Shown: positions 1-10,261, counted from the stretch's first letter. The stretch is 64,000 nucleotides of DNA from Patescibacteria group bacterium (GCA_018819015.1 JAHJQY010000019.1:3239-67238); one strand, 5' to 3'. The notes: a model not told the origin generated them from the letters alone. Program-made: numbers and translations.

Positions 1-2469
1 TTTTCAGCAATCAGGGCGACTGCCGGTTCTCCTGAAAAGGTCAGGGTTCATTCAATTCGATGGTACCAGTCAGGTTCAGCCGCTTCGGCAGACTTGGAAA
101 ATGTAAAGACTTATATTGATGGCACCGCTTATGACACCATTATCAGCGCCGACGGCAAATATTACACATCTACATTTGGCAGCGGAATTGTTGTTGACAA
201 AGGAAACAACATTGAACTTGCCATTAAGGGTGATATTGTCGGCGGGGCCGCGCGAACCATTGATTTTGACATTTACAAAAATACCGACCTTTATGTAACA
301 GGCGAAACTTACGGTTACGGCATTACGCCTCCGCTTGGTTCGTCTGCGGCTACGGCCGATACAGGCGCGTTCAGCACGGTCAATCCTTGGTATGACGCGT
401 TTCAGGTTACGGTTTCCAGCGGCACAATAAATGTTCAGAAAGGCACCACTGTTGAGGCGCAGAATATCGCCATCAACTTATCAAATCAGCCATTGGGCGG
501 TTTCTTGGTTGAAGCAAAGGGCGAAGCGATTTCTGTTGGCAGTCTTGTCTTTAACCTTGGTCTTGGAGATGCCGACCGAGGAGGTGAAATTACAGGCGTG
601 GATGTTGACAGTGTTTCTTTGTATGACGCGAATGGAAATGTTGTCGCCGGCCCTGTTGACGCGGTTGCCGGTCAGACAGCCAACATTACATTCACGGACA
701 CGATTACATTCCCGGTTGGAAAGAATCTTTATACTTTGAAAGGCAAGTTGACAACGGATTTTGAAAACAATGATACAATTTCCGCTTCCACCACGCCTTC
801 CACAGATTGGACAGTTGTAACAGGCCAGACAACGGGCAATACCATTACGCCTTCGCCAACATCGGCGGTTTCAGGCAACATGATGACTGTTAAGGCTTCC
901 TCTTTGGTGATTACCGTATCTCCGGACCCGGTTGCTCAAACAGTTGTTTCAGGCGGGACTTTCACTTTTGCCAAATACTACTTTGACGCGACCGCTTCAG
1001 GCGAGGATGTCAGAATGGCGACAGTTCCGTTGGCTTACGCGGCTCATGGCGGCAGCACTGCCACGAATTTAACAAGCTGCGCAGTGTATGATGGAACAAT
1101 AGCATTGACAACAGGTTCAAATGTTATTAATCCGTCCGTTCAGGGCTCATCCACTTCGTTTACATTTGACGGAACCGGTTTGCTTGTTCCAAAAGGGACA
1201 GTCAAGACTCTTTCTATGAAGTGCGATATTGCCGGCGCGGCAACAGGCGCTTATTCATGGGGTGTTGACGCATCCGCTACGTTTAGCGCAACCGGTCTGA
1301 CATCGGGACAGTCATTAACGCCGACCGCCACTGATTCAAGTGGCCAGAAAATGACTTTGTCTTCAGCGGGAACTCTTGCTGTTGAGCTTGATTCATCCAG
1401 CCCGTCTTATAGTCTTGCCGCCGCCAACACGACCGGAAACACCTTGTCAGTGTTGAAATTCACGGCGACAAACGAGCCGATAACATTGCAAAAGATTGCG
1501 CTGCAGTTGACAAATACCGCTTCATCCTCAAGGCAGGACCTTGCAAAGGTTACTTTGTGGGATGGCGCCACTAAGATTGGCGAAGCTGTGTTTACTTCAA
1601 GCAACAACGCAACTTCAACACTTAGCACGACAATTGTTATTCCAAAAGATGGAAGCAAATTGGTTACCGTGAAAGGTGATTTTGCGGCAATTGGCACATC
1701 GCAGCCGGGCACACAGGGCCACTTAATCGCGGTTGATTACGACGGCACCGATCCTACCGGCACAAGAGGTATTGGCGCGAATTCAGGTTCTACCATAAAC
1801 CAGGGTTCAAGCTCTGACACTGCTTCAAGTGGAGTAAGAGTCTTCAGGTCCTTCCCGACATTTACCAAGCTCTCTGTTCCGACAAACACCCTGAGCAATG
1901 GCGACAAGTCATTACTGAGGTTTAAAGTCACAGCTGACTCGGCCGGAGATATTGGAGTTTCCAAATTTACCGTTCGTATCGCTACGACAACGGCCTTTGT
2001 AACCGAACTTGATATTTTCGCTTACACTGACAGTTCCTTCTCAACCGTTGTTTCCGGAGTTGGAACAGACGGAGGATTGCTTAGTACAAATCTTCTTGTC
2101 GCCGGTAATGTGGTTTGGGCTTCTTCGGCGACAGACTTAAATGTTTGCGCGGAAACTTCAGCCGGCGCTTCTACAACCATTCAGGTTCCGGCAAGCCAGT
2201 CAAGATACTTTGAAGTAAGAGGAACAGTTGCCAATTCGGCAGCCGGAGCTTCAATCTCAACTCAACTTCAGGGTGATGCCAATTATCCATCGCTTGCTAC
2301 CACATTTTTGTCTAACACCACGAATCTTGACGCTGACACGCACGATGACTTTATGTGGTCGCCGAACGCGACTACAACATCAGTGTTGTTGCACGCAGAT
2401 TGGACAAACGGTTATGGAGTATCCGGTTTGCCGGGTTCAAACATGTCCGCGGAAGTATTGTCTCAATAA
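1..2469 (+). CDS. Large Thr/Ser/Gly-rich repeat surface protein, 5'-partial. The frame is open from window position 1, and the TTG at 94 is the first possible in-window start. It contains at least three ~130-aa Ig-like/beta-sandwich-type repeats.
   Basis: Frame 1 has no stop from nt 1 to 2469. The composition is low-complexity and T/S/G/A/V-rich with repeated modules (e.g. MMTVKASSLVITVS.., KMTLSSAGTLAVEL.., VRVFRSFPTFTKLSV..). A rho-independent terminator follows immediately. Confidence 0.6.
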   Translation, partial: FSAIRATAGSPEKVRVHSIRWYQSGSAASADLENVKTYIDGTAYDTIISADGKYYTSTFGSGIVVDKGNNIELAIKGDIVGGAARTIDFDIYKNTDLYVTGETYGYGITPPLGSSAATADTGAFSTVNPWYDAFQVTVSSGTINVQKGTTVEAQNIAINLSNQPLGGFLVEAKGEAISVGSLVFNLGLGDADRGGEITGVDVDSVSLYDANGNVVAGPVDAVAGQTANITFTDTITFPVGKNLYTLKGKLTTDFENNDTISASTTPSTDWTVVTGQTTGNTITPSPTSAVSGNMMTVKASSLVITVSPDPVAQTVVSGGTFTFAKYYFDATASGEDVRMATVPLAYAAHGGSTATNLTSCAVYDGTIALTTGSNVINPSVQGSSTSFTFDGTGLLVPKGTVKTLSMKCDIAGAATGAYSWGVDASATFSATGLTSGQSLTPTATDSSGQKMTLSSAGTLAVELDSSSPSYSLAAANTTGNTLSVLKFTATNEPITLQKIALQLTNTASSSRQDLAKVTLWDGATKIGEAVFTSSNNATSTLSTTIVIPKDGSKLVTVKGDFAAIGTSQPGTQGHLIAVDYDGTDPTGTRGIGANSGSTINQGSSSDTASSGVRVFRSFPTFTKLSVPTNTLSNGDKSLLRFKVTADSAGDIGVSKFTVRIATTTAFVTELDIFAYTDSSFSTVVSGVGTDGGLLSTNLLVAGNVVWASSATDLNVCAETSAGASTTIQVPASQSRYFEVRGTVANSAAGASISTQLQGDANYPSLATTFLSNTTNLDADTHDDFMWSPNATTTSVLLHADWTNGYGVSGLPGSNMSAEVLSQ

Positions 2470-2513
2470 ATCTAGTTTCTCCTGCCTAGCAGAGAGAGCT
2501 TGTGAACTAGTCC

Positions 2514-2541
2514 AAAAACCCCCTTTTCAGGGGGTTTTTGG
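2514..2541 (+). terminator. Rho-independent terminator (AAAAACCCCC-loop-GGGGGTTTTT)
   Basis: Perfect 10-bp GC-rich stem, 6-nt loop and a T-run directly after the stop of the surface-protein gene. Confidence 0.8.
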
Positions 2542-2561
2542 TTTGCCCGCCCGCGCAACAC

Positions 2562-2590
2562 TTGCGCTTGCATGGCGGGCAGGCTATAAT
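2562..2590 (+). promoter_or_regulatory. Sigma70-like promoter: TTGCGC, 17-nt spacer, TATAAT
   Basis: -35 TTGCGC (2562-2567), a 17-nt spacer and -10 TATAAT (2585-2590), with an ATG 8 nt downstream at 2598. Confidence 0.5.
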
Positions 2591-2597
2591 TTTTTGT

Positions 2598-3179
2598 ATG
2601 AGAAAAATTATCTTGGCATTATTTATTTTGATTATTGCCGGAGCGGCCGGCTATTATATTTATCACGATTTGAAAAACCCAAATGTTCGAAGTTCAACTT
2701 CCATCAATTTGGATGTGCCGGATTTGGACAGGCCGATAAATATGCCAGAAACACTGCCAGAAGACGCGCAAAAAATTGCTCGTGAAAAAATAGAAAAAAT
2801 TACCGCTGATTTAAAAAACAACCAGGACTTATTCGCTTCGTGGCTGGAATTGGGGGTTTACAGAAAAATGATTGATGATTTTGAAGGAGCCAAAGAAGTT
2901 TGGGAATATGCCAGCTTGATAAGGCCGGAAAATTCAATTTCTTTTAATAATTTGGGCGATCTTTACGGCTATTATTTAAAAGACAACAAAAAGGCGGAAG
3001 AAAATTTTTTGAAAGCTCTTGAAAATGGTTCGGATAAAGTTTATATTTACCGCAACGCTTTTGATTTTTATTATTTAGTAATGAAAGACGAAGTAAGGGC
3101 AAAACAAATTTTAGAAAAAGGCATTGAGTTAAACCCAGAATCTTCGCAGGATTTGAAAAATTTGTTAGATGGTCTTTAA
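2598..3179 (+). CDS. Membrane-anchored TPR-repeat protein
   Basis: Starts MRKIILALFILIIAGAAGYYIY (N-terminal TM helix); the C-terminal half has TPR-like helical repeats (ASWLELGVYRK.., AEENFLKALENG.., AKQILEKGIELNP). The ORF-track start at 2538 is probably spurious because the promoter lies inside it. Confidence 0.55.
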   Translation: MRKIILALFILIIAGAAGYYIYHDLKNPNVRSSTSINLDVPDLDRPINMPETLPEDAQKIAREKIEKITADLKNNQDLFASWLELGVYRKMIDDFEGAKEVWEYASLIRPENSISFNNLGDLYGYYLKDNKKAEENFLKALENGSDKVYIYRNAFDFYYLVMKDEVRAKQILEKGIELNPESSQDLKNLLDGL

Positions 3180-3221
3180 TTAAAATAAGCACATTAAAAA
3201 CAAGAAAAAAGGAGACGAAAA

Positions 3222-4130
3222 TTGAGAGCAGAAAAAGAATTGTTTGACCCGACATTTTTTTATTATAAAAATCGCAAAATAAATGGTTTTTATGGGATAG
3301 AAATTTTCCCAGCCAGAAACATAATTGAAAATTTAGGTTTTTTGCGGGGCGATGGGGTTGTTGAGGTAATTGAGTCGCGCGGTGGTGTGATTTTTCACAA
3401 GGAAGACCATTTTAGAAGACTGTTTGCCGGCGTTGAAGAATTGGGATATTTTTTGCCAGGGATTACTGTTAATTTTGATGCCTTTAAGGTGTTTTTGAAA
3501 GAAAAAATTGACAGATTACTGAGAATTTATAAGGCGCGTTCTCGATCCATTATTCATATAATGGTAGTGGGCGGGAGCGCTTTAGACACTTTTACCCCGC
3601 TTAGCTCTTCGCTTTTTATTTTTACCTATCTTTTTAAAATTTTGAGGTTTAATGAAAAAGGAATATCAATTTTGCCGCTTGAACATCAGCGGGAATGGCC
3701 GGAAATAAAAACAATTAATTATCAGGCGGCCATAACAGCCTTAAGAAAAAATCCGGACATTGATTTGGATATGAAATACGACGAGGTTTTATACGGGACA
3801 CATAAAATATTAGAAGCGTCCAAGGCTAATATTTCTATTGTTACCAAGGATGGCCGGATTTTGACGCCGGCGACCGGAATTTTAAAAGGCGTAACTAGAG
3901 AAATTGTTTTGCAACTAGCCAAAGAAATAGGTTGTGAGGCTCAGGAAAAAGAACTTTACTGGCGGGACGTTTTCAATGCCAGCGAAGTGTTTTTAACAAG
4001 CACAACTAAATTTATTAGGCCTGTTCGCAGGGTTGGTCCGAGAACATACCAGATTGGTCCGGTTTCAAAACGGTTGTGGTACGCTTTTATGAAATACAGA
4101 GAGCAGTATTATAAAAACAAGAAGACTTGA
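3222..4130 (+). CDS. Class IV (branched-chain/D-amino-acid/ADC-lyase fold) PLP aminotransferase
   Basis: Contains a GDGVVE motif (class IV GDGVFE-like) near the N-terminus and E.FLTSTTK..RPV near the C-terminus. An AAGGAG RBS precedes a TTG start. Confidence 0.65.
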   Translation: MRAEKELFDPTFFYYKNRKINGFYGIEIFPARNIIENLGFLRGDGVVEVIESRGGVIFHKEDHFRRLFAGVEELGYFLPGITVNFDAFKVFLKEKIDRLLRIYKARSRSIIHIMVVGGSALDTFTPLSSSLFIFTYLFKILRFNEKGISILPLEHQREWPEIKTINYQAAITALRKNPDIDLDMKYDEVLYGTHKILEASKANISIVTKDGRILTPATGILKGVTREIVLQLAKEIGCEAQEKELYWRDVFNASEVFLTSTTKFIRPVRRVGPRTYQIGPVSKRLWYAFMKYREQYYKNKKT

Positions 4131-4283
4131 TCTTTTTTAACAAGCGGTTATACTAAAAATATAGTCGCAGACAGGAGGTTCCGAGAGAAAACGGATTAAA
4201 ATTCCTCCCAAGGCAACAAGAAAGAAGTATTTAAAATGCGGCTATTAATTAACAATAGTCGTTTTTAATTTTTAGAAGGGAAT

Positions 4284-4796
4284 ATGGTGTCAACAAAGGC
4301 AAAAAAGGAAGAAATTTTAAAAGAGCTAAAGCAAGAAACAAAAGATTCTGAAATTGTTGTTTTTGTCAATTTTCACGGTTTGGCCACTTCTTCTGCCCAG
4401 GAAGTAAGGAATTTGATGAGAGGGGCTGATGCTAGATATTTTGTTGCCAAGAAAACCTTAATAAAAAAAGCTTTTGAAGATTTTAAATTTTCCGGAGATA
4501 TGCCGGAATTGGAAGGAGAAATTGCTTTAGTTTTTTGCAAAAAAGATATTGTTGCTCCCGTAAAATCGCTTTTTAATTTCAGCAAAAAACATAAAGAGAT
4601 AGTTTTTGCAGGCGGTATTATGGACAAATTTTTTATCAGCGGAGCCGATGTTTCCCGGCTTGCGAAATTGCCATCAAGGGAAATATTATTGGCGCAATTT
4701 GTAAATATTATAAACGCGCCCAGACAGCAGATGGTCGGTGTGCTGCAGGCGCCGATAAGAGATTTTATTAGCGTGTTGAAACAAATAAATAAATAA
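4284..4796 (+). CDS. rplJ: 50S ribosomal protein L10
   Basis: N-terminal KKEEIL..EL..SEIVVFVNFHGLA..QEVRNLMRGADARYFVAKKTLIKKAFED is a typical L10 signature, and the gene sits directly upstream of L7/L12. Confidence 0.9.
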   Translation: MVSTKAKKEEILKELKQETKDSEIVVFVNFHGLATSSAQEVRNLMRGADARYFVAKKTLIKKAFEDFKFSGDMPELEGEIALVFCKKDIVAPVKSLFNFSKKHKEIVFAGGIMDKFFISGADVSRLAKLPSREILLAQFVNIINAPRQQMVGVLQAPIRDFISVLKQINK

Positions 4797-4797
4797 T

Positions 4798-5208
4798 ATG
4801 TCAGATGAAAAAAAAGAAGTAAGCGTGCCGGAAAAATTCAAGAAACTTGTTGAAGAAGTGGAAAAGATGTCAGTTCTTGATTTGTCTGAGCTGGTCAAGG
4901 TTTTGGAAGAAAAATTCGGCGTCTCCCCGACGCCTTACGGGGTCGGGACTCCGACTTTGCCGGAGGCGAGCGTCGGAGCGGACGAAGAAAAGGGCCCGTC
5001 ACTTAAAAATGTTGAATTAAAAGCGGCCGGCGAGCAAAAAATACAAGTTATAAAAGTAATAAAAGAAGTTTTAAATTTAGGGCTCAAAGAGGCCAAGGAA
5101 TTTGTTGATGGCGCTCCCAAAATGGTAAAAGAAGGGATGAAGCAGGAAGAAGCTGAAGAATTGAAAAAGAAATTGGAAGAAGCCGGAGCTATTGTTGAAG
5201 TCAAATGA
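4798..5208 (+). CDS. rplL: 50S ribosomal protein L7/L12
   Basis: MS..KKE...KFKKLVEEVEKMSVLDLSELVK.LEEKFGV ... IKVIKEVLNLGLKEAKEFVDGAPK..KEG..QEEAEELKKKLEEAGA.VE.K is a canonical L7/L12. Confidence 0.95.
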   Translation: MSDEKKEVSVPEKFKKLVEEVEKMSVLDLSELVKVLEEKFGVSPTPYGVGTPTLPEASVGADEEKGPSLKNVELKAAGEQKIQVIKVIKEVLNLGLKEAKEFVDGAPKMVKEGMKQEEAEELKKKLEEAGAIVEVK

Positions 5209-5789
5209 GCTCTATTCTCTCAAAACTTTTTGGTTCTGTCGACCGTCTTAAAATCATCCGTCTTTTTTTATTGAACGCGGAAGAAGTTTTTTTGCCGAAA
5301 AGCATAGTCAAGCGAGCCAAGGCCAGCCCGGCGTCGGTCAGGAGAGAAATAAATTTGTTGTCCGGCATCGGGTTTGTTCACAAAAAGAAATTCAGCCAGG
5401 ATGGAAAGAAAAAAGAAGGATGGTGCACGGATTCTTCTTTTTTGCTGTTAGAGCCGCTTAAAGAATTGGTTTTGGATACGACTCCGCTGTCCAGGACAGA
5501 ATTTTTGGGGAGATTGCGAAAGGCCGGACAAATAAAATTGGTTATTTTGTCCGGTATTTTCATTAAACATGAAGACAGCAGGGTGGACATTTTGGTGGTT
5601 GGAGACAAAATACGCAAGAACGCGCTGGAAAAGATTTTAAAAGAGGCCGAGGCGGAGATTGGCAAGGAGCTGGTATATGCGGTTTTTACAACAGACGATT
5701 TTGTTTATCGGCTGAATATTTACGATAAATTTATACGGGATATTCTTGATTATCCGCACCAGAAAATAATGAACAAACTGGGCATTTAG
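5205..5789 (+). CDS. Hypothetical protein (possible N-terminal wHTH and C-terminal alpha/beta domain), translationally coupled to rplL
   Basis: Its start overlaps the rplL stop (ATGA). The N-terminus (RLKIIRLFLLNAEEVFLPKSIVKRAKASPASVRREINLLSGIGFV) looks winged-helix-like. No family is recognisable by eye. Confidence 0.5.
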   Translation: MSSILSKLFGSVDRLKIIRLFLLNAEEVFLPKSIVKRAKASPASVRREINLLSGIGFVHKKKFSQDGKKKEGWCTDSSFLLLEPLKELVLDTTPLSRTEFLGRLRKAGQIKLVILSGIFIKHEDSRVDILVVGDKIRKNALEKILKEAEAEIGKELVYAVFTTDDFVYRLNIYDKFIRDILDYPHQKIMNKLGI

Positions 5790-5853
5790 CTCAGCCGGCT
5801 AGAGCGTTGCATTCACATTGCAAAGGTCGCTGGTTCGAGTCCAGCAATGCCCA
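5780..5853 (+). tRNA. tRNA-Val (anticodon CAC)
   Basis: Cloverleaf: acceptor GGGCATT/AATGCCC, D-arm GCTC-AGCCGGCTA-GAGC, anticodon stem TTGCA/TGCAA with loop TTCACAT (anticodon CAC), T-arm GCTGG-TTCGAGT-CCAGC, discriminator A, no encoded CCA. Confidence 0.85.
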
Positions 5854-5995
5854 TTTTGCGGGTTTAAAAGGGCTTAGGGTTTATCCACAGTTTGAGTAAA
5901 AAGCGCCTCAAAAATATGTTAATATATAGTAAGTCCGCTTTGGCGGAGGGTCGATTTGCTACTAATAAATTTTTGTATTTTAAAAATTTAATTTT

Positions 5996-6682
5996 ATGGT
6001 AATACAAACTTGGAGTGAAGTTCTTTTGGTTTCTTTTCAGTCTCTTTGGATGGGCGTGATTGGTTTTGCCCCCAGATTTATTTTGGCGATAATCGTTTTT
6101 ATTGTTGGCTGGATTGTTGCTTTTACCTTGGGGCGACTGGTTGCTCAAATTATCGGATTTTTGAAAATTGATAAAGTTTTGCGAAAAACCGGTATTGAAG
6201 AGCCGTTGGCGCGAAGCGGTTTGCGCCTTGATTCCGGGCTTTTTGTCGGAGGGCTTGTTAAGTGGTTTTTCTTGATTGTTTTTCTGGTTGCGTCAATTGA
6301 TATTCTTGGGCTGGAACAGGTTAATTTTTTCTTGAGAGACGTTGTTCTCATGTATCTGCCTAATGTTATTGTTGCCGCGCTTATTTTATTGGCAGCAGCC
6401 CTTTTGGCCGACGCATTACAGAAAGTTCTGTTCAGTTCAGCCAAGGCAGTTCGCCTGGGCCCGGCCCATTTGCTTGGCGGGCTAGGAAAGTGGTCTATTT
6501 GGTTTTTTGCCATTTTAGCCGCTTTATATCAGCTGGGAATTGCCGGCGCGCTTATCCAAACGCTGTTTACTGGATTCGTGGCAATGCTTGCGATAGCCGG
6601 AGGTCTGGCTTTTGGTTTTGGCGGAAAAGAGGCGGCTGCGAAATTTATTGAAAAATTAAGAGGAGATATTTCAGAACGATAG
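5996..6682 (+). CDS. Multi-pass membrane protein (conserved-TM-helix / mechanosensitive-channel-like)
   Basis: Four to five hydrophobic helices with repeated similar helix units (IIGFLKIDKVLRK..; LGGLGKWSIWFFAILAA..). This resembles the conserved TM-helix repeat proteins of small-genome lineages. Confidence 0.5.
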   Translation: MVIQTWSEVLLVSFQSLWMGVIGFAPRFILAIIVFIVGWIVAFTLGRLVAQIIGFLKIDKVLRKTGIEEPLARSGLRLDSGLFVGGLVKWFFLIVFLVASIDILGLEQVNFFLRDVVLMYLPNVIVAALILLAAALLADALQKVLFSSAKAVRLGPAHLLGGLGKWSIWFFAILAALYQLGIAGALIQTLFTGFVAMLAIAGGLAFGFGGKEAAAKFIEKLRGDISER

Positions 6683-6710
6683 GGTAAAAAGATATTTGAC
6701 TTTTTCCACA

Positions 6711-6748
6711 ACCCCTCCCGCAGCACTGCTGGAGGGGTTGACTTTTTT
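6711..6748 (+). terminator. Rho-independent terminator (ACCCCTCC ... GGAGGGGT + T6)
   Basis: GC stem 6711-6718/6731-6738 followed by TTTTTT, directly after the stop of the membrane-protein gene. Confidence 0.75.
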
Positions 6749-7466
6749 ATGCCCGGGAATATAATAAAAATACTTAAATTATGTGTATAAAAAACCAAGT
6801 ATTTAACAAAGGAAGCGGCGACTGATTTTTTGTTGCCATAAGCGCATTTATTTACGCCGCTTCCTTTGAAAAGCGGTTTTTTTAACGCAATTTTAAAAGA
6901 ACTTTGAAAATTTAAAATAAAATAATAAAAACAAGTTGTATATAAGCAAGAGGGTAACACAATTAAGAGCGTATGGTGGATGCCTTGACTTGAAGAGGCG
7001 ATGAAGGACGTGGCGTGGCTGCGATAAGCTTCGGGGAGGTGCCTAGCAACCTTTGATCCGGAGGTGTCCGAATGGGGAAACCCTGCGCGGCAAACCCGCG
7101 CAAGCGCTGTTTTACGGCGCGGCAAACCCGGGGAAGTAAAACATTCCAGTACCCGGAGGAAAAGAAACTAAAAAGAATTCTCCTAGTAGCGGCGAGCGAA
7201 AAGGGAAAAGCCCAAACCATTTTTTAACAAAGTGGGGTTGTAAGACATCAATATTTTTATAATTTACTCCGCTTCGGCGGGGTGAAAAAGAAGTTACAAA
7301 ATATTTTGTTAGCTGAAGTTCGCTGGAAAGCAGAGCCAAAGAGGGTAATAGCCCCGTAAGCGAAAACAAAATATCTTCTTATTTGGTGATCTTGAGTACT
7401 TCGACACATGAATAGGTCGGGGGAATCAGGGAGGACTAACTCCCAAGGCTAAATACTCTTCAAGAT

Positions 7467-7503
<37 letters not shown>

Positions 7504-8119
7504 CAGCCCGTTGAGGGCGATGAAATAGTACCTGAAACCATATGCTTACAAGGAGTCGGAGTCCCGCAGTAATGCGGGATGACGGCGTGCCTATTGAAGA
7601 ATGAGCCAACGAGTTTCAGTATATAGCTGGTCTAATCCCGTTAAATGGGAGGAGGCATAGCGAAAGCGAGTGTGAATAGCGCGTTCCACTGTATTGTGGA
7701 GGCTTTGTACTGAAGACCCGAAGCCAGGTGAGCTTGCCATGACCAGGGTGAACCCCGCAGAAATGCGGGGGAAGGCCCGAACCGTTTAGCCGTGCAAGAC
7801 TATCGGATGAGTTGTGGTAAGAAGTGAAAAGCTAATCGAACCTGGTAATAGCTGGTTCTCTCCGAAATAGCTTTAGGGCTAGCGTCTTATGTTCCCTTTG
7901 GGGGTAGAGCTACTGGAAGGTGCGAATAGGGGGAAACCTCGTCGCATCTACCAAACTCCGAATACCAAAGGTCCCCCGCAATCGCGGGGTAAAAAAATAA
8001 GGCAGTTAGGCCATGGGGGCGAAGCTCCATCGGCCGAAAGGGAAACAGCCCAGATCTCCATCTAAGGTCCCTAAGTTTTTACTAAGTGCACTTAAGGAGG
8101 TGAAATTTCTCTGACAGCG

Positions 8120-8162
<43 letters not shown>

Positions 8163-8985
8163 CAGCTCACTCGTTAAGAGATTTTGCACCGCAAATAATC
8201 GGGGCTAAGTAAAACACCGAAGGTGAGAACCTCGCCTATGGCGGGGTGGTAGGAGAGCGTCCCACCCGCAGTGAAGCCCACGCCGTGAGGCGGGGTGGAG
8301 CTGGTGGGAGTGAAAATGTTGGCACAAGTAACCGCAATGCGGGTGAGATCCCCGCAGGCCGAAAGTCTAAGGATTCCTTGGCAATGGTGATCATCCAAGG
8401 GTTAGTCGGGCCTAAGGCAATGGCGAAAGCCGTAGCCGATGGACATACGGTTAATATTCCGTAACCTCCTCATTTTTCTGATGGAAGGACGGAGGAAATA
8501 AGCAGAAGCGCATTATTGGATTTGCGTTGCTGGCTTTAAGAAATGTTTCTTAGGAAAATCCGGGAAACTGATTTTAATATCAAATTTCGCAAGTCGGCAA
8601 AATCTTTATCTACGGAGAGAGAAATTTTTGTGAAGAGCCTTCCAAGAAAAGTTTCTAGGGTTAAAGATGAGGGGACCGTACCATAAACCGACACAGGTGG
8701 ACAGGTCGAGAAGACCAAGGCCAACGAGTGAGTGCTCCTCAAGGAACTCGGCAAAACAGCGACCGTAACTTCGGAATAAGGTCTGCCCGACCCCCGCAAG
8801 GGGCTAGGGCCGCAGCGAAAGATCCCTGGCGACTGTTTATCAAAAACACAGCTCTCTGCGAACTCGTAAGAGGATGTATAGAGGGTGACGCCTGACCAAT
8901 GCGGGAAGGTTAAATATTGCTGGTCCTCCGCAGTAATGCGGGAGGCTGGGCGGTATAAGCCCCCGTCAATGTCGGCCGTAACTAT

Positions 8986-9719
8986 AAACAATTGACCGTT
9001 GTAGTTACGTTAAAAAATCTTGCTATATGCGGGGAAACCTGGGTCCGCGAGGAACGGACAAAAAAGTATCAATTGCTACTCATTCTGCGTCGACAGAAAA
9101 GTAACAAAGCAATTGTGCAGATAATCCGCAGGAAACTTCCTTAGATTAAATTCTATGGACGATTGGGTTAAAACCATTGATTCAAAATTCGGTTATTACA
9201 TAGCTGGATTTACAGATGGAGAAGGAAGCTTTAATATTTCGATAAAGAAGAGAGAAGATTACAAAAATCAGTGGAAATTAACAGCTTCGTTTAATATTTC
9301 TCAAAGAGATCGCGTTATCTTGGCGTTAATTAAAAAAATACTAGGATGCGGGACCCTAAGAGAAAGATCGGATGGAGTTGTATATTATGAAGTGACGAAT
9401 ATAAAGTCGCTTCACGAAAGGATTGTTCCTTTCTTTAAGCGGTTCCGATTTCTTTCCGCGAATAAAAAAAGAAATTTCTTGATCTTCAAAAAAATCGTAG
9501 AAATAATGGCGCATAACGAACATTTGACAAAAGATGGGTTGCGAAAAGCTCTGCGATTAAGGGAAATTCTCAATGAAGGTCGAGGCAGGAAACGTAAATA
9601 TCAATTATCAGATGTTTACAAGGAAGGATCCTCAGAGACTATACGCAAGACCCCGCAAAATGCGGGGAAGATATAGTCCGATCTCATAGGCGACTATGAG
9701 TTAACACAAATATTAAGAG
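8986..9719 (+). mobile_element. Group-I-like intron in 23S rRNA at the E. coli ~1917-equivalent site (GTAACTAT|AACGGTCC); it carries a homing-endonuclease ORF
   Basis: Exon junctions reconstruct the conserved GTAACTATAACGGTCCTAAGGTAGCG. The upstream exon ends in U and the intron ends in G, as group I splicing requires. The insert is 734 nt. Confidence 0.7.
9155..9676 (+). CDS. LAGLIDADG homing endonuclease (single-motif, homodimer type)
   Basis: Contains a YIAGFTDGEGSF LAGLIDADG motif and is 173 aa. It lies entirely within the 23S intron. Confidence 0.85.
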   Translation: MDDWVKTIDSKFGYYIAGFTDGEGSFNISIKKREDYKNQWKLTASFNISQRDRVILALIKKILGCGTLRERSDGVVYYEVTNIKSLHERIVPFFKRFRFLSANKKRNFLIFKKIVEIMAHNEHLTKDGLRKALRLREILNEGRGRKRKYQLSDVYKEGSSETIRKTPQNAGKI

Positions 9720-10227
9720 AACGGTCCTAAGGTAGCGTAATTCCTTGTCTGGTAAATTCAGACGTGCACGAAAGGCGTAACGACTGGGGAACTGTCTCGA
9801 GGAGCAGCTTGGTGAAAATACAGTACCGGTGAAGATGCCGGTTACCTGCAGTTAGACGAAAAGACCCCGGGAGCTTTACTGCAGCTTGATATTGGGTTTA
9901 AGCTTTGAATGCGTAGCATAGGTGGGAGGCCTTGAAGCTCTGCTTTTGGGCAGGGTGGAGCCGCCAGTGAAATACCACTCTTTCAAGGTTTAAATTCTAA
10001 CCTTTGCGGCAAAAACGCAAGGGGACAGTATCTGGTGGGCAGTTTTGCTGGGGCAGCATTCTCCTAAAAAGTAATGGAGAAGCCTATTAAGGTCGGCTAG
10101 GCGCGAGTGGAAACCGTGTCGATAGTGTAATGGCACAAGCCGGCTTAACTGCGAGACGTACATGTCAAGCAGATGCGAAAGCAGAGCATAGTGAACTGCT
10201 TGCTGGAATTAGACACTGCAAGCAATT

Positions 10228-10261
<34 letters not shown>

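Noticed and set aside
2228-2785. ORF 2228-2785 spanning the end of the surface-protein gene, its terminator and the TPR gene promoter
   Set aside because: It crosses a strong terminator and promoter and is out of frame with both real genes, so it is spurious.
4131-4283. L10 (rplJ) autoregulatory leader
   Set aside because: A GGAGG...CCTCC hairpin exists at about 4172-4208, but there is no clear match to the L10-leader kink-turn or L7Ae-type structure by eye. It was left unannotated.
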